Positions 38,744-50,070 of a stretch of 64,000 nt of DNA are shown piece by piece (position 1 is the stretch's first letter; every line of letters begins with the position of its first letter). The notes beneath the pieces were generated by a model. It saw only the letters and a list, made by a program, of their open reading frames with translations. It had not been told where the DNA came from and did no database searches. The position numbers and the translations under genes are program-made. The stretch lies in the NCBI GenBank assembly GCA_002633005.1, contig NMRA01000057.1:597296-661295 (forward strand), in the 5' to 3' direction. This stretch comes from Phoronis australis (Eukaryota; Animalia; Phoronida).

Positions 38744-39387
38744 CTGTGTGTTAGAATTGTTCTTCAAAGAAAAACGAAGAAGCATCTCTCATGTGAAATT
38801 GGGTGGCGACAACAAAAGTTTCGAGTCATTTCCTGAGGGGAGTAATAATTCATATTACACGGTATTTAATGTCAGTCTTAACAAGAGCAGAGTGAAAGTG
38901 TTTCAGTTAGTAAACAACATTGAACGATTTGTTTGGGGTAAAATTTCTCGGAATGTGAACAAATCTTTAGTTCACTGTTAGTATGATTATATATTGTACA
39001 GGCACCATCAGCAAATATATTGGGTTCATAAAAAACCTGTTGTGAGCATTTTGTACAATTACATAGAATCTCAAGACTTTAGGAAACAAGAAAGCAGACG
39101 AGAGAGTGCACTTTTATTTTTTCCTTTTTACAAAACAATAAATGAAACCCAAGTTCTACATCATAGCAACCACAAGACAATAAGTTGCTAAATTGTGAGC
39201 ATTCACGACATTAGAAGCCCCAATTTGAATAATGGAATTGATCAATTTTATCAATGCCTTTTGTACCGAAATACCATTGTTATCCACCAAGCAGAAAACT
39301 TTTGAAAACTGGAAAAACAATAATTTCAAAAAATGCATTTTTGAAATTGACGATACTTGACTGATAATTGAACAATTAACGCATTAC

Positions 39388-40113
39388 CTTGTATCCTGCA
39401 TTCGCCAGCTTGTAGGGAACAGACGCCGTACCCCAGCGATAAATGATTTTCCATGCATTGGCGTATTTAGGGCTGGTATCTCCCTTCTTTGTATTCAACA
39501 ACTCTAACTCTTTACTTAAATACGCATCCTCCCATCCAGCCAGACTCAATTTATGCTTTGCTAAGATATCGGCTACGCGCGATATAAAGTAACTTTTTAT
39601 GTGCTCCGCAGTTTGCATTGTGGGTTCACGTTTTCTTAGAGCGGCACATGCAGGAGAATTCTGCCAGACTCCTCGCGGCACTTCGTCGCCACCAATGTTG
39701 AAGCGAGATAGTGGTGCCACCTTTGTATGAATGTCAATAACTTGCTCAACCAGGAGACGGATGAATCTGTATGTAGACTCTAGGCACGGATTAATGACGT
39801 CATCATTGAAAAACTGAGGTGTCTCAAACTGCGACGTGTCTTCTGGGTCATTTAATCGGAAATCGCGCATCGACTCGGGTACATCTTTTTTGCTGTAACG
39901 CAACTCCATTGCTTTAATTGCTGCTCTGGCATGGCTAGGAAAGTCAAATTCGGGTATGACTTCGATGTGTCTCCTTTTGGCATAGTGCAGAATATCCAAA
40001 TAGTCCTTGACAGTGTAGAAACCACTTCCTTGATCAGGTAACCTGGGGTGAGAACCAAGTTGCGGCAAAAGACACTTGGTTTCTGACAGGTCATGACACC
40101 TTTTGGAGCCAAG
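39388..40113 (-). CDS. GH20 hexosaminidase coding exon 5, copy A (catalytic GGDE)
   Basis: LGSKRCHDLSETKCLLPQLGS...GSGFYT...HIEVIPEFDFPSHARAAIKAM...NIGGDEVP..W..SPAC...GWED...ANAGYK; ttacag/gtaatg boundaries, 726 nt. Confidence 0.95.
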
Positions 40114-41390
40114 CTGTAATGAGAAGGCATCGGCACTGTTAAAAGATAGTAATAGTTGTTTTAAAAAATGGACAGACAGTTGACATAAGTTTGCCAAACA
40201 CTGATGCTCTTCACGCCAGAAATATTTGGGAATAAAATGGCACCTTTTTTCGCAATGGAACAGCACTGTAGTCAAACAATTTCCAGAAATGATTTACTGT
40301 TGTTGTACCTAGACTTTATTGCCATGACATTACTCCAAATCACTAACTGGATGAAGGTAGCCTTAGCCGCTACTGTCAGGTTTATTTTAATGATTTCAAG
40401 TTGTTGCTAACAAGATCATATTACCAAGTCACTTTGCAAGATGAAAGGATATGCCTCGCAATAGTGTTTGCTCACAAGTTTGTTAACACAGTGTTGTAAA
40501 TATACTGTGTTTCAGAAACCCCAGTGACAATTCAAACAATTTTCAAACCTGTTATTTTGTAACTCATGTACGCCCGGATTAATGTTTGGTTTCGGGACTT
40601 GCAATTTGGTTACTTTTCATTGTCTCTGAGTCTCAAATGAAGTCGTGCTGATGTTTTGGGTGTTCACCACGTGTATGCCATGTACTGTATTCTGGCAACT
40701 GATTCGCACTATGTAGTGAAGGGAAGAATTTGCTAAATAGAGGTTACTGCAGAGCATATACTGCAGACAGAGGCTAATCAATCAAGTCCTTCTTGTGGTC
40801 TTTTGTCCGGCACCACCACTAGCAGGCCAATTATCTACCAGTCTGTTCAAAGGGTTACTAAAGCCACGTGAAACTATTTTCATCAATGGGTAACAGAGAA
40901 CTGAAACCTAATTCACCTATTTCAGATATCTTTTATCTGGTTTTAACCTAAAATAACCAGGATATCAATTTCAGTGACTAAGCAGACCTTAACATTCTCT
41001 GGGTACGTCCCTTTAGAGGCAATTTTCTCCGCCGGGCAAAAAATATCACAAAAGTTCATACATTCACTGAAAGCTACTGAGACCTAACAATTGCTGTATT
41101 AATTACTTTCCAAGAATCAGTGAGTTCTCTGATTGTACGTCCTTTACAGATGGAATTGGCCAATTTAAAAAATCAGCTATTTCAAAATTTACTTTATCTA
41201 GTGCCTTGAAGTCATCGCTAACGCACTGTCTTGCTCCACAAAAAGACATGCGATCAGCATTCCTGATAAACAGGCATCTTGATGACAGATGTTTCTAAAC
41301 AAAGATATATTGACAATGTACAAGGTGAGGTACAAGGCTTAGTCCCAAATGGTTCACACACTGATTACACTATGGAATTTCTACTCTTAC

Positions 41391-41594
41391 CTCAGTCAAC
41401 TCTGGTAAGCCTGGAATCTCCAGTCTCCATGCCTCATCGTCAGATAAATGGAGGTGGAGCTTATTCAGTTTATACATTGACATCACATCAATCAACTTAA
41501 GCACCTCCTCCTTTGGCTGGAAATTGCGCACCACATCCAACATGAACCCACGGTGTCCAAAGCGAGGCTGGTCACGGATCTTAGCTTCTACAAC
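41391..41594 (-). CDS. GH20 hexosaminidase coding exon 4 (start of catalytic TIM barrel)
   Basis: Not in the ORF track; translated by hand as VVEAKIRDQPRFGHRGFMLDVVRNFQPKEEVLKLIDVMSMYKLNKLHLHLSDDEAWRLEIPGLPELTE, the canonical GH20 DxPRFxxRGxMLDxxR and HLxDDxxWRLEI motifs; gtttag/gtaag boundaries, 204 nt. Confidence 0.95.
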
Positions 41595-42887
41595 CTAAAC
41601 AAAAGCCCACTGCAATATTTCATCAAGAAAACATTTAATCATAGAAGCAAGACTCTACTAAATATTGGTTGGAAAACCATAAACAGCAGTTAATGTTGAA
41701 TTCTGAACAGATTCACTTTGGGGTTTCAAACATTACTACACTCATGCAACCTTGATTATTTGCAGAATCAGCTGGCTATTCAGGTCACACACATTTTGCA
41801 CACGCACCATTTCCAAATCCTTAAAATTTTAGGGTTGGCCAACCCCAGTAAACTCTGAAGCATTATCTTGAGCCTCGGATGGTTTCAGTATTCTAGTTGG
41901 CAATGGAAATAGAATTGTATTGGGAGAAAGTTTATGACGATACCAATCTTCTCAGAGCAAATAGCCAATTCATTCTCGCCACATAAACTGCCAGGGGCAA
42001 ATGCAGTACTAAGCAGCATCACCATATAGTAAAATAAAACAAACACATCAAATGCATTGGCATGGGTTTGAAAAAGATTTACAATTTAAAGAAACACGAT
42101 GTACACCATGCATGTGCATATTTTGACCCTACGCTCTTTCTTTTTGACGTTCACATTTCACACATAGTAGCATTATGCTTAAACTTCATTACAGTAGTCA
42201 ATCCTTTATATGCACAAAAATAGATGTTTTATAAATTTCTTTAACATTTTTAGTACTTTTCAATCATGAACTGAAAAATTTCATTAGTGTCAGTAACGCA
42301 ATAATATTAAAAGTTTTCCACTGCTCTCACTAATAACACAAGTCCTCACTTACACACATGTACGGCTCATGGATCTGATCAACTCAATTCACCAGCTCAC
42401 AAACGTGTCCACCGACCGACAAATACTGTCAGTGCCAGTCTCATAAAACGCAACTTAAGCATCTGAAACAATTGCTCCCAAACCCACGTACGTAGTACCA
42501 TATCGGTCGTTCAGTGAGTCGTGTTCAGTAGTCAGAGAGCCGGCCAAGTTTGTGAGTCGGGAATAGGCTGTTGAACTGTATTACTTTATAAGTGAGGAAC
42601 TATGTGGCAGCCATGTTGTTTGAATCGTACGACACATAGACACACGTGCCTAACTCGATCCAGATGCAGGCAGTTCTCCGTAAAGGCGCATACTTCTATT
42701 AAAGTAAAACAATCTAGAAAACTATCAAACACTTGACCATGATTCGATGTAGTTATACCCTTACTAAACCTGTGGTTGTTTGATAACAACCCAATGAATG
42801 CACTCATTGAAACCTATTACCAAATTAAATGAACTGGTTTTAAATCAAACCATGCCACGTAGCTTTAAATCAAAACATGCCATGTAC

Positions 42888-43111
42888 CTTTGAGTCTTTG
42901 TCCATAAGACTCAGTAAACTCTGTATAGCCCAAAATACGCCTGTAGTGGTTTTTCCAATAATAGAGACACAACTAGTCAATGCATCCACATCCAGGAAGT
43001 AAGACTCCGGAGCTTTAGGGTCCACCTTTCCGTACGTCTTCCCGTCCCACAGAGCGACAGAGATGAAGTTGTGCTCTGGTTGGCTATTACTGACATCCAG
43101 TGACAGTTTCT
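42888..43111 (-). CDS. GH20 hexosaminidase coding exon 3 (GH20b domain)
   Basis: PESYFLDVD...VSIIGKTTTGVFWAIQSLLSL matches the GH20b ESYxL...GxFyaxqtL motif; tttag acceptor (phase 1), AAG|gtacat donor. Confidence 0.88.
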
Positions 43112-43558
43112 CTAAAATTGTTGTAGGCAATCTACGAATCTCGACTTACTTGAAATGGCTTTTAACTTTGATCAAATTGTTATTTTGTACTCCAACTTCA
43201 CAAGGTCCACATCAAACTTTTAGTAGGGTGCACAAGCACCTCAAGGCTTTGATTTTATTAATTTATTTCATCTATTTATTATTGTAATATTTACAATGAG
43301 GATAGCCCCGTCAGTTCACACTGCTTCCATGGGGGCCCTCAGTAAAAACATACTAAAGCAGTATGACAAACAAACATATGAATTACAAAATGAAAGACAA
43401 GATTTAAATAACCAATGATGAATAAGAAACTTAACCATGGAAAGACAGATGAAACAAAATAAATAATAAAAAAATTATAAAAAATAATAAATGGAAGATA
43501 GTAAAAGTAAGACAACATGATTAAATAAACAATACAGTAAGACATATCACACGTGCCG

Positions 43559-43559
43559 C

Positions 43560-43592
<33 letters not shown>
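43559..43592. repeat. (CA)n microsatellite
   Basis: Directly visible. Confidence 0.95.
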
Positions 43593-44080
43593 GTCTGGTC
43601 TGGGGATATTGAATGATTTATGCATGTGATGATGTGCCACACAGAGGTGATAAGGTCAAGCTGGAGTCGCAAACTTCAAACAGGAACACATCAAGAATAA
43701 GAGTTGATAAATCTGCCATATGATGCAATAAGTGAACTGCATTTGGTCCACAGTATTCATCAAGTGTATTTAGGAACACACGTTGAAAGCCAAAACAAAG
43801 AGTTCCAAATCAATATACGAACCAAAACTTTGCCATAAAGGTGACGCATGTGGCTTTTATTTACAGATCTGACCAATGTACAGTACACGCTATTAGTAAT
43901 TAGTCAAGACAAAATGACCTGGAACTCCCTGTTATGACGGCTACGCACATTAGGGGAATTCCCCACTATGACAGCAACGTGCATGTGGCATTAAAACAAT
44001 CGGAGTAGCTGGAATGAACTGTGTACAGTATACCAGGTAAATAAATGATGCTAATCTTGAAACAACAAAAGATATCCGAC

Positions 44081-44752
44081 CTGCCAGGTATTTTATCTCC
44101 GACTGCAGAGCATCATCGGAGGAGACAATGACCCACTTAGAGGGGTCAATGACGATCTCTCCAGGATTGACGACCATTTGCTGTGGTGACGGCACAATGT
44201 TCAGCTGTAGCTTTTCATTGTCACGAGCGTAAAATTGGTTATTCCTGTCGTGGCGACGCAGTACTGTCACAGGTTCATAGATTTCCGCTTGGTGGATCTT
44301 ATACTTCAGACGTGTATCGAAAGAGCCTACGAAATCAAGCGACTCCCCTTCCGTATTCGCAATAACAACAGGGTCATAGCCATCTGCTGCTACATACCAG
44401 TTGGGGAAGATGTCCATTTTTGATATACATGTCTTCCCACTCATTATCGTAATGGTGTCTGTTGTATGAGAAGTCAGCCTAAATCCTTCAGGGAACAGTA
44501 AAGAGTTAAGCGTCCCTTCAATGTGTTCGACTAGAGGTCTATTCTTAGTGTATCGAGTCACTTTCAAAGTCTTCAACATGTGTTGAAAGTATAACGACCA
44601 CTTCAACTCCTTCACATCAATGGTGCTACGGCCCCTATTGGTGAGACGGATAACAGCCACGTTGTTTCCGAACTCCGTGTTCTCCACAACTTCAAACTGT
44701 ACATGCAGATTTTCAGCCAGATCGTAGAGAATTTGCTGATTTGGACTTACAC
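44081..44752 (-). CDS. GH20 hexosaminidase coding exon 2 (CHB_HEX N-terminal carbohydrate-binding-like domain and start of GH20b)
   Basis: LAENLHVQFEVVEN...IRLTNRG...WSLYF...ISKMDIFPNWYVAADG...IANTEGESLDFVGSF...IVPSP resembles chitobiase domains I/II; tttgtcag acceptor, GCAG|gtcgga donor. Confidence 0.9.
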
Positions 44753-47700
44753 CTGACAAAAGAATGAAAAGTGACAACTGTTTAATATCTATTTTGCACA
44801 TTTTATAAACAAGAACAGCAATATGCAATTATGATTGAATAAGTCCCAAACAAGTTAAATGCTCTATTCAAACAAGTCACTGCTTACCCTGTGTATGTGA
44901 TGGCCATTTGGTTCTAATTTCATAAAATCACAAATTACTAACTGTAATGTGCTTTTCTGTTTCTCAGTCAAGCTTTGCATGAATAAATTAACAGAAGGCC
45001 CGTCACTACACACAAGCAGTCCTTATCTTATGTTTTTGCTAAGCTGAGCTGAATATCCTAAAAGTAATTTAATGACTTATATCACACAGTAGTACAAAAT
45101 TCAGAGAAATACGAAATGATTACAGAATCAAACCAAAAACTTTTTTGTCAGAAAAAAGTAAGAATATGACAATAAACAACTTTAAGTAAAACAACATCAG
45201 ACTGATTCAGAAGTTTATTAATTTTATATAGAAGCCAAGACAAATGTCCAAACTTTTGAACATCATGTCTCAGAAATGGGGCATCGTATTCATATGAAAC
45301 TTTCAGATCATGTGTTCTCCAAAACACTGGAAGGGATTATCTTTAAAATGTTCCACTTTTGGATTAGGGACTACGAAATAAGTAGCACGATTTTCAAGAA
45401 AAAGATCTAAATTTGGATAAAATGAAAACAAAATAGTTTAAAAAACCGTAACAGTCTATTTGAAAACTAACCTATTGAAATTTGATATCAAATAAAATTC
45501 AGTCACATTATCAAGACCGTTGTTTGACTTCAAATTAATGCACCTTTCTGTTTTGCATATAGGTTTTACTAAAAAGACACGGTCACCTGACTTAAGTAAT
45601 GCCGGATTGGTAAAAACTAAGGTAAAAAATCAAATTATACATGCTTTGTACTTTCAGAAAATATACTTTTACGGACTTAAAATCTATAGTTCTTGGCTAA
45701 ATATATATTCTGACCAAAGTGCTCAACAATTAGTTTTCAAAAATAAGTTGAAAAAAAACTGCCTGGGGTGTATACCCAAAAGCAAAGCAGATTTAGAAAA
45801 ATATCAATTGATTAAACATAAGCTGAATACATTCATTTTGCGACGAGAAGAAATTAGCGTATTTTGGAAGCTTTAAGACTTAAAATGCTGTTCCCGGACC
45901 CATTACGCACAATCATGTAATGTCTCTGCCGCCCAAAAGACAGCATCCATGTCAGGATTGCCAACCTTCCTTTGAGATCCCCACAGTCAGCATATACATT
46001 CAATTCTTACCTCATGAACCACAACCCAGTTCTTAGTAACACTTTTCTTTCAAACAATAATGACTCCCTGCCGCTTCTTCCACAATCTCAGTTCCACTTA
46101 CACCACTAGAGGGGGCTTATTTGTGAACAAAACCGAGATTGAGGCATTAAAATAAAATTTAGTAAGTCAGACATAATTTTATAAAATACTCTTGAAAATA
46201 GTGTCTAACAGCAAATCGTTGTCATATATAGTTAATATTAGGCTGGCATAGGGTTTCTCGAGCACGTGAGATTTCACTTGCGAGGACACTTAGTACTAAT
46301 TCTGTAATTACGTGACCCAAATGAGTCCCATGTAAAACGTTGAGACTTTCAGGTACTAGGATTACTTAATTTTTGGAATGTAGTAACAGCGTAATTTGGA
46401 GATACTAGAAAGTTACAACATGCATTCTGTAGCAACAGTGTACCCATATTCAACACTTTTTACCATGTTTACATGTCCAGGTACATTCTGAGGTAGTTCT
46501 GGTAAGGCTTAGTAATGAAACATAATTATTTTCCTGGGCTTTTGAATGGTGTCACCGAAAAATCACTCAGACTAAAATTTTACAAGCGATAGAAGACAAC
46601 TCACTAGCTCACACAAGTTTGCACCCGTGATGGACACCACACAATTTAACATTTCCGAATGCACAGCTCTAGAAGTCGTAGTCATTTCCTGGCGAGTAGT
46701 AATTTAATTAAATCAGAGTTAGGAACTTTCAGTACTATTCAAATCTACTTTCTGCTTCAAATTTACAATTTTTTTTCAAAAATTTGCCAGTTGTCTGCTT
46801 CAACTTGTCATTAGCCGCATTAAAAAAAGCAAGATTTTGCAGACAAGGTGGCATATGTGCAGTGCTGTTTGTATCTGAGACTTGAACAGAATTTATTGTA
46901 ACGAGTAAGACTGTTAAATGCTTGACAGTGTTTATTATTTTGACTGTATTTATGTACAAATTATTATCATGCGGTGGTACACGAGAAAGGCCTCTTATTT
47001 CTAGACAATGAATTCCTCTTACACTCTGTTCAAAGATGAGAAGAGATTTTAGTGAAAGTGAACTGTCGTAGATGAGAAAAGAACTACAGCCTGGAAGTAA
47101 AAACAACATTTAACGATGCTGTTAATGAGAATGACTGTGCGGCCCGTCAGGGACGAAGATTGGAGTTCTGCATACTGGCAGCAGTATGAAGCATTCGGAT
47201 TGGAATAACTGTTTTACATCTAACAACTATACAATGACTCAACCAAGTCAGCATCTCCCACCAAAACATGGCCACTCAGTTCCTTGTCAAGTGACATACC
47301 ATGTTTCCTCTGTGTTTATCACAGCATTAATACAACTGCTCCTCAGTATCTCACCCATCTCGTGCCACTTCAATGTGCAATTCGCATTTATTACTTAGAT
47401 CTGCAAATTGCTCTTCTATTTTCTCTGAGGGAGAATACGACACACAGCCTTCGGCTCAACCTAAACAGTTTTGTGGATTCCACTACATACAGATTGGTTC
47501 CAACAATTGCTGCACTTAATGTCCGTCATTAAAACGAAATCTTCCACAAGTGAAAGTGGAGGTAATTTTATTGTTAGTAGTAAAAACTTTTTACCAGAAA
47601 AATTTGGCATTTTATTTAAACTTTTCCCGGCCCATGAAATAGTATTATTGTCGAACTGAAAACAAAGTTTAATGTCACGTTATGGCACCTAGGAAGCTCC

Positions 47701-47854
47701 TAATAGTTTTTTTATTTTGTGAATTATCTAGCAAGGTAAATTGTTGAATTTCTGCAAAGTGCATTGAGCAATACCAATCATCATATTTCAAGACGAAATG
47801 TGTTATTTTGTTGCATCTAAACCAATTTAGACGTTAATATCATTTCTAAATATA

Positions 47855-49224
47855 CCGTATTCGCCGTAATAACCGCCCAGGGCGCTTAGAAAAGTTCGGT
47901 TCAGGGGGGACGCTTATTATAACCCAAGGCGGTTGAAACCCGGTCTCCGAAACGGGTGAAATCGGAAGCTAAGATTCATCAAATTTATGCTCTGTGACAT
48001 ATATGTAACCTATGAAAGACTTTCAACAAAACTGAGGTGCATTGCTATCAAACTTTGCTGCTAAATTACGATCATTTTATAGAAAATTGTGCTGAAATCC
48101 TCGGGCGAAAACTCGCCAACTGACTGCTTCGAAATCGCCGTCTTCGATATGGCGACTTCAATGCTTGAATAAAAATGGTTTCGATAAAGTACCTGAAATC
48201 TCATTAAGTTTTATAAGTAGCGTCTCTAAGGTTTTTAAGTTCCCGTGGAGTCTGGATTAACGGCAGGTTTAAGTATAAATCTGTGCAACATCGTGCCATC
48301 TACATGTATGATCGGCAACACGGCAAACACACATGTTGTTGTCACGTGACATTTGCTTTGAAGTTCGTCTGCAAGTAAGCGAGCGCGTGCGTGTCACCAG
48401 AGTTCATTTGCCAAAGCAGAGACCGTCTTTCAGCCAGAGCCACGCAAGCTAACCAGCTAGATGTGTCTAAAGAAATTTGCACAAGCAGTAGGCCTAAACC
48501 AGAGCGTGTTTCATTCAGCACTTGCCGATCTCGTGCTAAAATCTTTAGACATTTGTGTCGGCAAGGCCCATATAAGTCGCCGTGTAGCTGAATGCATACG
48601 TAACTATCTGACAGTTATTTTTCGGTGTAAGGGTGTGTAAGCATTCACGTCAGTAGTCATTTTATCGGATATTCGGCTTAATAACACCAATTATGGTTAA
48701 TCCAACAATCCATCTTAAAAATAACGCAAACATGTTTATAGTATTAGAAATTGTCGGAAATTAGTTCCAATATTCATTTCTTATCGATGCTATGCTACCC
48801 TCTTCATGAATGGATAGTTCCCAACTAATGTCTTTGATGACAGGTTATGTAGCGCGCGCTTCCTGGCCACGTGCGTTTAACACCGAGTTATTTTTATTCA
48901 TGAGACAGTCGATATGTCTACTGAAAGGTCAGACCATGGGACACGGTCGTCGCGAGAGCGTAGCAACGCTGCTGCGTTCTTTTTGAAGCGCTGCGTTACT
49001 TTGTCACGGCTAAATGCAAACGTAGCAGTGCCGCTGGTGGTCTAGAAGACCCGTGTAAATTTTTTTTGATAAATTGAAGACGTTACTGTAGCCGAGTTTT
49101 AGGACTGTAGGTATGTCAATGTTCGCATGTACACGTTCATGGACTGGGCGCTTATTTCAGCAAAGTCTGAAAACGCGTGGGGGGGCGCTTATAGGGGCAT
49201 GGGCGGTTATTACGGCGAATACGG
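47855..49224. mobile_element. Non-autonomous Tc1/mariner-superfamily (Tc2/pogo-type) element, 1370 bp, in the first coding intron of the GH20 gene
   Basis: Perfect 25-bp TIR CCGTATTCGCCGTAATAACCGCCCA, TA on both flanks, subterminal GGGCGCTTA repeats, no transposase ORF. Confidence 0.9.
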
Positions 49225-49584
49225 TAGTCTATATATACACAAACCTCTAGCCTTCGTACGATATTTTGGTCGGTTACTTCTCCGGCCATCTTCATGTGTC
49301 AACAGCTTTCTTAGAAGAATAAGCTTGGGTGCATGGTAGAATCATGATGGAACACCCGTGCTTGGAGAAGTAACTGACCAGAACGTTGTGCCAATTGATG
49401 TAAATAGGCTAGAGGTTGGTATAAATAGACCAATCAGTTTTGAGAAATGGGGTTGCCACATCACCTCAAAGTGGTTCTAGGATAACAATTTAGATGTTGT
49501 CCAGTTTATTTTGAAAGCTAATTGTACCCCTGCTTACAACCAGCAACAGCTCCAAGTTGACTAAATACTATAACTGGTACTTAC

Positions 49585-49810
49585 GATGTCCCATCATAGG
49601 TAGTTTGGCTTCCTGCGGTTGATTTCCAAGTGCTCCAATTTTACCAAGTGTCTCGTGTGCACGCCCTGAATCACTGGGGAATAGCCATGCAGTGGAGAAC
49701 CACAGAAAGACACCAGCAACGATGGCTCCAACGAGGAGGTTCCTAACAAGCAGTCGCCGTCCACACACAGAAATGTACCTCCTCATTATGGAAGTGTTAC
49801 AGCTCTTCAT
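49585..49810 (-). CDS. GH20 chitobiase-like beta-N-acetylhexosaminidase, coding exon 1 (basic N-terminus plus transmembrane/signal anchor)
   Basis: MKSCNTSIMRRYISVCGRRLLVRNLLVGAIVAGVFLWFSTAWLFP...MMGH; acceptor ttattttag ending at 49823, donor gtaagt at 49584; phase 1 joins exon 2 in frame (C+GT=Arg). The start could also be the second Met (MRRY). Confidence 0.75.
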
Positions 49811-49912
49811 GTAGTTTGGTTTCTAAAATAAATAATAATAAAATATTGGTGGAGCTAGAAACCAAATTTCAATAAAAAATAACTAACTTTTAAATTGATC
49901 AAGGCGACTTAC

Positions 49913-50070
49913 TGCGGCACTATCACTAAGAATTGCTTGTTTCTTAGTCAGGTTTGAGGTGATTTCTGTGCTTTAGAAATACTGATTGTCCACTACAAGC
50001 CAATTTCATGAGACCAGTCTCAAATAATAACACATTGTCAGCTCTTCTCAAGCTTAAAATCTCCTCCAAT
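49913..50070 (-). other. Probable 5' UTR exon of the GH20 gene
   Basis: Flanked by cctttctcag acceptor and gtaagt donor; 90-nt intron to the ATG-bearing exon. Confidence 0.5.

Larger units (their letters stand above)
27893..40390. repeat. Direct duplication: 27893-35894 (copy B) versus 36064-40390 (copy A), joined across the N at 36063; probable uncollapsed haplotypes
   Basis: 36064 onward matches 27893 onward nearly base for base, introns included, apart from SNPs and several B-specific insertions; shared sequence ends at tttattttaa (35894/40390). Confidence 0.92.

Noticed and set aside
25019-49810. Recent bacterial horizontal transfer or contamination to explain the chitobiase-like gene
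   Set aside because: Eight canonical GT-AG introns with animal transposons inside; chitobiase-type GH20 genes are known in several invertebrate groups. Ancient origin cannot be judged without a phylogeny.
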